This document shows positions 15,519-24,000 of a stretch of DNA of 24,000 nucleotides, piece after piece. The notes beneath the pieces were generated by a model, which saw only the letters and a list, made by a program, of their open reading frames with translations, was not told the origin of the DNA and did no database searches. How positions within the stretch are numbered: the stretch's first letter is position 1; every line of letters begins with the position of its first letter. Source of the stretch: Candidatus Enterococcus stercoripullorum (GTDB lineage: Bacteria > Bacillota > Bacilli > Lactobacillales > Enterococcaceae); assembly GCA_019120335.1 (NCBI GenBank), contig DWVH01000038.1:34321-58320 (forward strand), given 5' to 3'. The translations under genes and the position numbers were made by a program.

Positions 15519-16460
15519 TTGAATAGTTATGTAAAATATATTCTTAAGCGACTATTCTATATGGTGATTACTTTGTGGTTGATTGCTACCATTACTTACT
15601 TTTTAATGAAGCTTCTACCTGGTACACCATATACCAACGCTGAGAAATTATCTAAAGAACAAATTGCTATTTTAAATAAACAAATGGGGCTTGATCAACC
15701 AGTCATTGTTCAATATGGAAAATATTTATGGAACGCCCTACACTTTAATTTCGGAACCAGTTTCCAATTTAAAAATCAACCTGTTGCTTCATTATTAATG
15801 GATCGTATCGGCCCTTCCTTACAATTAGGTTTCCAAGCCATTGTTGTAGGTACGATTTTCGGAACAGTTTTAGGGGCGATTTCAGCCATGAAGCAAAATA
15901 CTTGGGTGGATACCTTGGCGACTTTAGTGGCTATCATTGGTCGTTCGATTCCTAACTTCGTGTTTGCGGTATTATTACAATATTTCTTTGCGATGAAATT
16001 ACATATTTTACCAATCGCGAAATGGGAAGGTTTTGCGTATACGATTTTACCAACGATTGCCCTTGCGATGAGTCCATTAGCCGATTCTGCTCGTTTTATT
16101 CGTACAGAAATGGTTGAAGTCTTACATAGTGATTATATCGAATTAGCGCGTGCCAAAGGATTGAGTCGTTGGCAAATTGTTTTCCGTCATGGTTTACGTA
16201 ATAGTTTGATTCCATTATTAACATTATTAGGACCTTTAGCAGTCGGTTTGATGACTGGTTCATTGGTTATCGAAAATATTTTTGCTATTCCAGGTATTGG
16301 GGAACAATTCGTTAAATCAATTACTACGAATGACTATCCAACCATCATGGCCGTAACAATCCTTTACTCTACAATGTTGGTTGTCGTTATCTTAGTGGTC
16401 GATATCCTTTATGGAATTGTTGATCCTCGTATTCGTGTATCAGAAGGGAGTCGTGGCTAG
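15519..16460 (+). CDS. oppB: Oligopeptide ABC transporter permease
   Basis: TTG start (MNSYVKYILKR...) lies 6 nt after SD GGAGGGA. BPD-type permease with an EAA-like loop (YIELARAKGLSRWQIVFRHGLRNSLIP). The track's upstream GTG start is less plausible. Confidence 0.9.
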   Translation: MNSYVKYILKRLFYMVITLWLIATITYFLMKLLPGTPYTNAEKLSKEQIAILNKQMGLDQPVIVQYGKYLWNALHFNFGTSFQFKNQPVASLLMDRIGPSLQLGFQAIVVGTIFGTVLGAISAMKQNTWVDTLATLVAIIGRSIPNFVFAVLLQYFFAMKLHILPIAKWEGFAYTILPTIALAMSPLADSARFIRTEMVEVLHSDYIELARAKGLSRWQIVFRHGLRNSLIPLLTLLGPLAVGLMTGSLVIENIFAIPGIGEQFVKSITTNDYPTIMAVTILYSTMLVVVILVVDILYGIVDPRIRVSEGSRG

Positions 16461-17501
16461 ATGGAAGCGAAACAAATGTATGAAGAGATTGCCAAAATTC
16501 CTGCTTCTGAATTTGAATTTCTACAAAAAGATACCGTTGAAGAACGTGAAGCCATTGCCGCCCCTTCTTTGACATTCTTGCAGGATTCATGGCGTCGATT
16601 AAAGAAAAATAAAGCCGCTGTATTTTCAATTACTTTATTAGCGATTATTTTAGTTGTGAGTGTGGGCGCAATTTTCTTCTCACCACATAATCCAGCTAAA
16701 CAAAATATTGACTATATTAATTTGCCACCAAAAATTCCTGGTGTAGATATCAATGGTCTTAATGGGAAAACCATGGTCGGGGGTGAATTAGTTGATAAAT
16801 ATAAAGAAGCTGGCGTCCCTAAAAATGTGTACTTTATCTTTGGTACCGATAGTTTAGGTCGCGATTTATTAAGTCGCTTATTAATGGGGACGCGAATTTC
16901 GCTATTTATCGCCTTTATTGCAGCAATTCTTGATATTTCCATCGGGGTAGTTGTCGGTTTGGTTTCTGGATTACTTGGTGGACGTGTCGATACGATTTTA
17001 CAACGTTTGATTGAAATTTTATCTGGTATTCCAACCTTAGTCGTGATGATTTTAATGTTAGTTGTATTTAAACCGGGGATTCCATCAATCATTGCGGCGA
17101 TGGCGATTACCAACTGGATTCCAATGGCCAGAATTGTGCGGGCTCAATCCTTGAAATTAAAAGATCAAGAATTTGTACTCGCAGCTACTACATTAGGTGA
17201 ATCAAAAATGAAGATTGCGTTTAAACATATCTTGCCAAATATTTCTAGTGTGATTATTGTACAAATGATGTTTAGTATTCCATCAGCAATTTTCTTCGAG
17301 GCCTTCTTAAGCTTTATCGGTTTAGGGATTAAGCCACCGGCAGCTTCTCTAGGGATGCTTTTGAGTGATGGATATAAGACATTCTTATTCTTGCCATATC
17401 AAATGTGGATTCCAGCCATTATGCTATCGGTAATTATGATTGGGTTTAACCTTTTAGCAGACGGTTTACGTGATGCTTTTGACCCTAAGATGAAGGAGTA
17501 A
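16461..17501 (+). CDS. oppC: Oligopeptide ABC transporter permease
   Basis: ATG abuts the oppB stop. N-terminal OppC-type extension. EAA-like loop (EFVLAATTLGESKMKIAFKHILPN). Confidence 0.92.
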   Translation: MEAKQMYEEIAKIPASEFEFLQKDTVEEREAIAAPSLTFLQDSWRRLKKNKAAVFSITLLAIILVVSVGAIFFSPHNPAKQNIDYINLPPKIPGVDINGLNGKTMVGGELVDKYKEAGVPKNVYFIFGTDSLGRDLLSRLLMGTRISLFIAFIAAILDISIGVVVGLVSGLLGGRVDTILQRLIEILSGIPTLVVMILMLVVFKPGIPSIIAAMAITNWIPMARIVRAQSLKLKDQEFVLAATTLGESKMKIAFKHILPNISSVIIVQMMFSIPSAIFFEAFLSFIGLGIKPPAASLGMLLSDGYKTFLFLPYQMWIPAIMLSVIMIGFNLLADGLRDAFDPKMKE

Positions 17502-17507
17502 ACAAAT

Positions 17508-18560
17508 ATGAAAAAAATTCTAGAAGTAAAAGATTTAGAAATTTCATTTGACACCTTCGCCGGCAAAGTGCAAGCCATCCGTAATGTGAGTTTTGATTTA
17601 TATGAAGGGGAGACCTTAGCGATTGTAGGGGAATCCGGAAGTGGTAAATCAGTCACTACTCGAAGTGTCATGGGCTTACTTGCAAGTAATGCCAATATTG
17701 AAAATGGTCAAATCTTATTTAATGGTCAGGATATTGTACAAAAGACCGAAAAAGAAATGCAAAAGATTCGTGGGAAAGAGATTGCAATGATTTTCCAAGA
17801 TCCGATGACTTCTCTGGACCCAACTATGCCAATTGGAAAACAAGTAGCAGAATCCTTGTTAAAACACACTAAAATTTCGAAAAAAGAAGCAATGGAACAA
17901 GCTTTAGAATTATTAAAACTAGTAGGCATTCCGAATGCTGAGAAACGCTTGAACAACTATCCACACCAATTTTCAGGTGGGCAACGTCAACGGATTGTCA
18001 TCGCGATTTCTTTGATTTGTTATCCACAAATTTTAATTGCTGACGAACCAACCACTGCGCTAGACGTAACGATTCAAGCCCAAATTTTAGAACTATTAAA
18101 AGATATTCAAGAAAAAATTAAAACATCGATTATCTTTATTACCCACGATTTGGGGGTAGTAGCAAATGTGGCAGACCGTGTAGCTGTTATGTATGGAGGA
18201 AAAATTGTAGAAATCGGAACTTCTGAGGAAATTTTCTATAATCCGCAACATCCATATACTTGGGGATTACTAGGTTCAATGCCATCCTTAGAAGGTGGGG
18301 AAGAGCGGCTGTATGCAATTCCTGGGACACCGCCTGATTTATTACAACCACCAAAAGGAGATGCTTTCTATCCACGAAATGAGTATGCTTTAAAGATTGA
18401 TGCTGAAAAACAACCACCATTCTTTGAAGTGTCACCAACGCATAAGGCTGCTACTTGGTTATTAGCACCTCAAGCACCAAAAGTAACACCGCCGAAAGAA
18501 ATTCAAATTCGTTGGGCAAAATTTGCAGAAAAAAATCAAATAAAAAAAGGTCAAGCCTAG
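17508..18560 (+). CDS. oppD: Oligopeptide ABC transporter ATP-binding protein
   Basis: Walker A GESGSGKS, signature FSGGQRQR, Walker B LIADEPTTALD. C-terminal oligopeptide/dipeptide ABC extension (HPYTWGLL). Confidence 0.93.
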   Translation: MKKILEVKDLEISFDTFAGKVQAIRNVSFDLYEGETLAIVGESGSGKSVTTRSVMGLLASNANIENGQILFNGQDIVQKTEKEMQKIRGKEIAMIFQDPMTSLDPTMPIGKQVAESLLKHTKISKKEAMEQALELLKLVGIPNAEKRLNNYPHQFSGGQRQRIVIAISLICYPQILIADEPTTALDVTIQAQILELLKDIQEKIKTSIIFITHDLGVVANVADRVAVMYGGKIVEIGTSEEIFYNPQHPYTWGLLGSMPSLEGGEERLYAIPGTPPDLLQPPKGDAFYPRNEYALKIDAEKQPPFFEVSPTHKAATWLLAPQAPKVTPPKEIQIRWAKFAEKNQIKKGQA

Positions 18561-18575
18561 AAAGGAAGTCGTAAC

Positions 18576-19520
18576 GTGAAAAAAGTTTTATTAGATGTTA
18601 AAAATTTAAAACAATATTTTAACGTTGGCCGCAAAGATGAAGTTAAAGCGGTAGATGACATTACTTTCCATATCTATGAAGGGGAGACTTTTGGCTTGGT
18701 AGGTGAGTCAGGAAGTGGGAAATCGACTACTGGCCGTACGATTATCCGATTAAATCAACCAAGTGGCGGGGAAATCACTTTTGATGGAAAAGATGTTATG
18801 AAGTTGAAAAAACGCGATGAATTAAAAGAATTTCGTCGTGAAGTACAAATGATTTATCAAGATCCTTATGCATCTCTAAATCCACGGATGAAGGTTCGTG
18901 ATATTATTGCTGAAGGGATTGATATCAACCATTTAGCAAAAAGTGAAGCAGAACGTAATCAAATGGTGGATGATTTGCTAAAAACAGTAGGGTTAAATCC
19001 AAACCATGGTACACGTTATCCACATGAGTTTTCTGGTGGACAACGACAAAGAATTGGGATTGCGCGTGCTTTAGCGGTTAATCCGAAATTCATTATCTGT
19101 GATGAACCGATTTCTGCGTTAGACGTATCGATTCAAGCGCAGGTTGTTAACTTATTACAAGACTTGCAAAAAGAAAAAAATCTTACCTATTTATTTATTG
19201 CCCATGACTTATCGATGGTGAAACATATTAGTGACCGTATCGGCGTAATGCATCATGGTAAATTACTTGAAATGGGTATAAGTGATGAAATTTATCATTA
19301 TGGGGTACATCCATATACAGAAAGTCTGCTATCAGCGATTCCATTACCTGATCCAGATTATGAACGCACACGCAAACGTATCAAGTATATACCACCTAAA
19401 GAAGACGGAATACCACGAAAGATGCAAGAAATCGCAGAAGGCCATTATGTCTATGCTAGCGATGAAGAAGCCAAACACTTTGCCGAAAAACTAGCAGAAA
19501 AGAAAAGGAAAAGGATGTGA
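18576..19520 (+). CDS. oppF: Oligopeptide ABC transporter ATP-binding protein
   Basis: GTG start after SD AAAGGAAG. Walker A GESGSGKST, signature FSGGQRQR, Walker B IICDEPISALD. C-terminal HPYTESLL motif. Confidence 0.93.
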   Translation: MKKVLLDVKNLKQYFNVGRKDEVKAVDDITFHIYEGETFGLVGESGSGKSTTGRTIIRLNQPSGGEITFDGKDVMKLKKRDELKEFRREVQMIYQDPYASLNPRMKVRDIIAEGIDINHLAKSEAERNQMVDDLLKTVGLNPNHGTRYPHEFSGGQRQRIGIARALAVNPKFIICDEPISALDVSIQAQVVNLLQDLQKEKNLTYLFIAHDLSMVKHISDRIGVMHHGKLLEMGISDEIYHYGVHPYTESLLSAIPLPDPDYERTRKRIKYIPPKEDGIPRKMQEIAEGHYVYASDEEAKHFAEKLAEKKRKRM

Positions 19521-19537
19521 GGTAGCTTGGGAAGCCT

Positions 19538-19625
19538 CGAAGAAATTCGTGTGCTTACCAAATGCTGAAAAAATCGGATGAAAGGAGATTTTTTCAAGTA
19601 GGAGGGCGAATTTCACAATATCTAG
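19538..19625. repeat. Second copy (~88 nt, diverged) of the inner hairpin of the 12732-12976 element
   Basis: Aligns with 12783-12870. The 23-nt core AAAATCGGATGAAAGGAGATTTT is identical (12814-12836 and 19570-19592). Its own arms still pair (GAAATTCG/CGAATTTC). The flank GAGGTAGCT...CTCGAAG resembles GATGTAGCT...CTTCGAAC at 12961-12980. Confidence 0.55.
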
Positions 19626-19654
19626 CTGCCGAACATCAAAATAAGGTTGATTCG

Positions 19655-20596
19655 ATGAAAAATTTAAAGGGTTATCGATTTAGAATTTATCCCAATGAAG
19701 CTCAAAAAAGGTTCTTCATTGAAACATTTGGTTGTGTTCGATTTATCTATAATTATTTTCTGAAGTTAGATACTGCTGAGCGCACAAGTGAAGAGGTAAT
19801 CACGCCTGCAAGTCTCAAGCGTGATTATCCCTTTTTAAAAAAGACAGATAGTCTAGCCCTTGCAAATGCGAAAAGAAATTTAGATAGGGCTTTTCAAAAT
19901 TACTATCAACAGCGTAGTGGCTATCCTAAGCTAAAAAATAAGAGTTCGGCCTGGCAATCTTACACTACTAATAATCAAAATGGGACGGTTCGTATAGAGG
20001 ACGGTTATCTGAAATTGCCAAAGTTAAAAGAAAAAATTCAAATATGCGAACATCGAAAAATTACTGGCAAAATTAAATCAGTGACCATTTCAGCTAAAAA
20101 TAACGAGGAGTTTTATGCTTCAATTTTGTGCGTAGAATCCATTGATAAATTTGAGAAAACAGGTAAAAACATTAGACTTTCTTTTGATGCACATCAATTA
20201 GTCCAACAAGCGAAATATCGTGCTGAAGTAATTGAATCCATTCAGCAAACGAAAGGACGTCTAGCGTTTTTACAACGAAGATTAAAGGTAAAGGCTCGGG
20301 GTGCGCGTAAGCAAAATCGGATATTAGCCGACTGTAAGAATTACCAGAAGCAAAAAAAACAGTATGACAAATTATTGACACACTTTAATAATCAAATAAA
20401 AGATTATTTAAACCATTTATCTATCTTTTATATTAAGGAATATGATGTAATCGAAATTGTCGAACCAGAAGATAGGTCTTGTGCTGAAGATGCATTATTC
20501 ACTAGTAATGAATGGCATCAATTAGTTCGTTTATTAAAATACAAAGCACAATGGTACGGTAAAGAGATTCAAATCATAAATTGTCAAAATATTTAA
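19655..20596 (+). CDS. TnpB-like protein, C-terminally truncated with RuvC motifs non-canonical or absent (313 aa); candidate TldR-type nuclease-dead RNA-guided repressor
   Basis: The N-terminus MKNLKGYRFRIYPNEAQKRFFIETFGCVRFIYNYFL is the hallmark TnpB (IS200/IS605 OrfB) start. PKLKNK..., LKLPKLKEKIQ and LKYKAQWYGKEIQII are also conserved. Where TnpB has vGiDlG it reads NIRLSFDAHQ; where it has IxIEDL it reads VIEIVEPED. The ORF stops right after WYGKEIQIIN, so the CxxC...CxxC zinc finger and the RDxNAAxNI RuvC-III motif are missing. Start is taken at ATG 19655; the track's 19562 start runs through the repeat. Confidence 0.75.
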   Translation: MKNLKGYRFRIYPNEAQKRFFIETFGCVRFIYNYFLKLDTAERTSEEVITPASLKRDYPFLKKTDSLALANAKRNLDRAFQNYYQQRSGYPKLKNKSSAWQSYTTNNQNGTVRIEDGYLKLPKLKEKIQICEHRKITGKIKSVTISAKNNEEFYASILCVESIDKFEKTGKNIRLSFDAHQLVQQAKYRAEVIESIQQTKGRLAFLQRRLKVKARGARKQNRILADCKNYQKQKKQYDKLLTHFNNQIKDYLNHLSIFYIKEYDVIEIVEPEDRSCAEDALFTSNEWHQLVRLLKYKAQWYGKEIQIINCQNI

Positions 20597-20685
20597 ATAA
20601 AAATAACTGGTAGGGGTGCCAGGGTTCGCCTAGGTAATAATTGATTTGTTTCTAGGAAATGTGCCCACTAATTATGAAAAACCAC
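20450..20685 (+). ncRNA. Presumed omega-RNA-like guide RNA (scaffold overlapping the tnpB-like 3' end plus a short guide); boundaries not determined
   Basis: Inference from the TnpB/TldR family, where the guide RNA scaffold overlaps the 3' end of the ORF and the guide follows it. About 90 nt of non-coding sequence lies between the stop (20596) and a terminator hairpin (20691-20713). I could not define the scaffold fold by eye. Confidence 0.3.
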
Positions 20686-20719
20686 AAAAAAATCAGCCTA
20701 TTCCGGGCTGATTTTTTTA
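20685..20719. terminator. Bidirectional rho-independent terminator shared by the tnpB-like locus (+) and the Nudix gene (-)
   Basis: AATCAGCC (20691-20698) pairs with GGCTGATT (20706-20713). Flanked by A7 upstream and T7 downstream. Confidence 0.7.
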
Positions 20720-21525
20720 TCGGTCTTTAATTGGTAGATTTTTGATGGTCGTCCAACACCACTTGCACGTTCACCGATAGCTTCTAAATGATCATTCAAT
20801 GCTTTTTTGAGGTTAGAGTGGTCAATATTTTTAAAATCAATGCCTAAAAATTTAGCAAAGACTTTTCTGGCATCGGTAATCGTAAAGCCAGGTCCCAATA
20901 CCAATAGTACGCGTGGGTCATGCATCATTGTTTCTAATACATGATGGAAAGCCTTAAGAATAATTTGGCTGTGGTCAAAGGCTAAGGTATCTTTTCCAAG
21001 GGATTCACCGTTTTCTAAATCGAGAATGATTTGTGTTTCTTGGTTTTCTAGGACGATTGTATTTTGTTTGCGATTTAAATTAAACCAGCGCACTTGGCTC
21101 GCATCATCGCCGGCATCTACTGGCTCTTCACCGATAAAGGCTAAATAGCTAACAGTTACCACCCAACCACGAGGGTCACGATTTGGCGTAGAAAATGTGT
21201 AGAGCTGTTCAATTTGATTTTGGTTAATATGTACGCCAGTTTCTTCTAATGTTTCGCGAATGACACTATCATCAGTGGACTCACCTTTTGAGACGAATCC
21301 TCCAGGTAAGGCCCAAGAATGACGGAATGGGTGACTTTTACGCTGAATCAATAGCAATTTCAGTTGTTCTTCTTGACGATTATAACAAAGCAATACCATA
21401 TCTACGGTTAAAGAAGGGGATTCGTAGGTAGGATGTTCTTGTTCATGGTACCACTTTAAGAATTCTTCTTCCGTTGCGATTTGTTCGTAATATTTTTTTT
21501 CTTCAGATTTTGATGAAAATTCCAT
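20698..21525 (-). CDS. NUDIX hydrolase with C-terminal winged-helix-like domain (NrtR-like architecture)
   Basis: Nudix box GGFVSKGESTDDSVIRETLEETGV (Gx5Ex7REUxEExGU). A C-terminal domain of about 90 aa follows the Nudix fold, as in the NrtR/ADP-ribose pyrophosphatase family. The regulator role is not shown. Confidence 0.8.
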   Translation of the reverse strand: MEFSSKSEEKKYYEQIATEEEFLKWYHEQEHPTYESPSLTVDMVLLCYNRQEEQLKLLLIQRKSHPFRHSWALPGGFVSKGESTDDSVIRETLEETGVHINQNQIEQLYTFSTPNRDPRGWVVTVSYLAFIGEEPVDAGDDASQVRWFNLNRKQNTIVLENQETQIILDLENGESLGKDTLAFDHSQIILKAFHHVLETMMHDPRVLLVLGPGFTITDARKVFAKFLGIDFKNIDHSNLKKALNDHLEAIGERASGVGRPSKIYQLKTDKKISPE

Positions 21526-21542
21526 ATTCGATCAACACCTCT

Positions 21543-21803
21543 TTAAGATAATATGAGATTTATTAAGAATAGTCCCGTATATGGGAACCAAAGATTGGGC
21601 TTTTTGCGGACCTGTGGCACACCTAGAATGATTATCCCTACTAAACAAAGAATTTTGAATAATAGGCGCAATTGTAAAAAGTTTGCCACACCGTGATGCA
21701 TCGCAAAGTAGGCTTGAATATAATCACGATTGATAAATAGCAAAATATGTAAAAAGGTCAGCACACATGCAAATAAAAAAGCCGCTTTCGAAGCTGATTT
21801 CAT
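21543..21803 (-). CDS. Small membrane protein, 86 aa, unknown function
   Basis: SD GAGGA lies 6 nt upstream of the minus-strand ATG. Three hydrophobic segments. Lies 17 nt upstream of the Nudix gene, so probably the same operon. Confidence 0.55.
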   Translation of the reverse strand: MKSASKAAFLFACVLTFLHILLFINRDYIQAYFAMHHGVANFLQLRLLFKILCLVGIIILGVPQVRKKPNLWFPYTGLFLINLILS

Positions 21804-21835
21804 AAATTATCCTCACAATTTTCTTGGTAACATTC

Positions 21836-21845
21836 ATTATATCAC
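21836..21845 (-). promoter_or_regulatory. Extended -10 element (TGATATAAT on the minus strand) for the small-membrane/Nudix operon
   Basis: The reverse complement of 21836-21845 reads TGTGATATAAT. About 30 nt upstream of the minus-strand ATG at 21803. Confidence 0.4.
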
Positions 21846-21918
21846 ATTTTAAGTAATTTGTACCTTTATTTCATTACACAACACTTTTCATGAGCTGCCT
21901 CACAACCTTATTTTTCAA

Positions 21919-21947
21919 TTGATAATCGTTTCATCTAATGCTACAAT
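21919..21947 (+). promoter_or_regulatory. Sigma-A promoter candidate for metG (TTGATA-17-TACAAT)
   Basis: Hexamers at 21919-21924 and 21942-21947 with a 17-nt spacer, 44 nt upstream of the ATG. Confidence 0.55.
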
Positions 21948-21987
21948 AATTTGGTATAAGTCGTTTATTGATTGGAGGAAAAATTGA

Positions 21988-24000
<2,013 letters not shown>

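Noticed and set aside
12783-19625. CRISPR array, or a composite transposon formed by the two hairpin copies.
   Set aside because: Only two diverged copies exist, about 6.7 kb apart. There is no regular repeat-spacer periodicity, and no cas or transposase genes accompany them.
19562-19654. 31-aa N-terminal extension of the TnpB-like ORF (MLKKSDERRFFQVGG...).
   Set aside because: This part runs through the hairpin repeat copy. A similar short frame (MRYLLLRKSDERRFS*) occurs in the other copy, so it reflects the repeat sequence rather than coding. There is no SD before 19562. Canonical TnpB proteins begin at the M-x-x-x-K-x-Y-R/K-F-R-I-Y-P motif, which is at 19655.
19521-20719. Intact IS200/IS605-family insertion sequence.
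   Set aside because: There is no tnpA (Y1 or serine recombinase). The TnpB-like ORF lacks the ZnF and RuvC-III. I found no matching left/right end pair flanking the gene. It is therefore annotated as a domesticated or decayed TnpB derivative rather than a mobile element.

Overview
This is a chromosomal segment from a low-GC Firmicute, probably Lactobacillales and Enterococcus-like (inference from gene content only). It has three parts. (1) Positions ~1-7700 are a visibly more AT-rich accessory region. It holds a compact bacteriocin-like peptide locus: a membrane thioredoxin with a WCPDC motif, an unannotated 32-aa two-Cys precursor ORF, an ABC-2 ATPase plus permease, a membrane-anchored protein and a C39-peptidase ABC exporter. 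After it come several tiny membrane-protein genes, a decayed duplicate of one of their promoter/5' regions, and a secreted 164-aa protein paired with a 30-aa hydrophobic peptide. (2) The housekeeping core is ftsK, a MATE/MOP-type transporter, rlmN, oppA, an antisense small membrane gene, oppBCDF, a Nudix/NrtR-like gene, a small membrane protein and complete metG. (3) The most interesting item lies immediately downstream of oppF. It is an intact but C-terminally truncated TnpB-like ORF that lacks the zinc finger and the last RuvC motif and has non-canonical residues at the other RuvC motifs. No TnpA is present. This fits an oppF-associated TldR-type nuclease-dead RNA-guided repressor with a presumed guide RNA at its 3' end. 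About 88 nt of related hairpin repeat lies at each end of the opp operon. No rRNA, tRNA or CRISPR array was seen.
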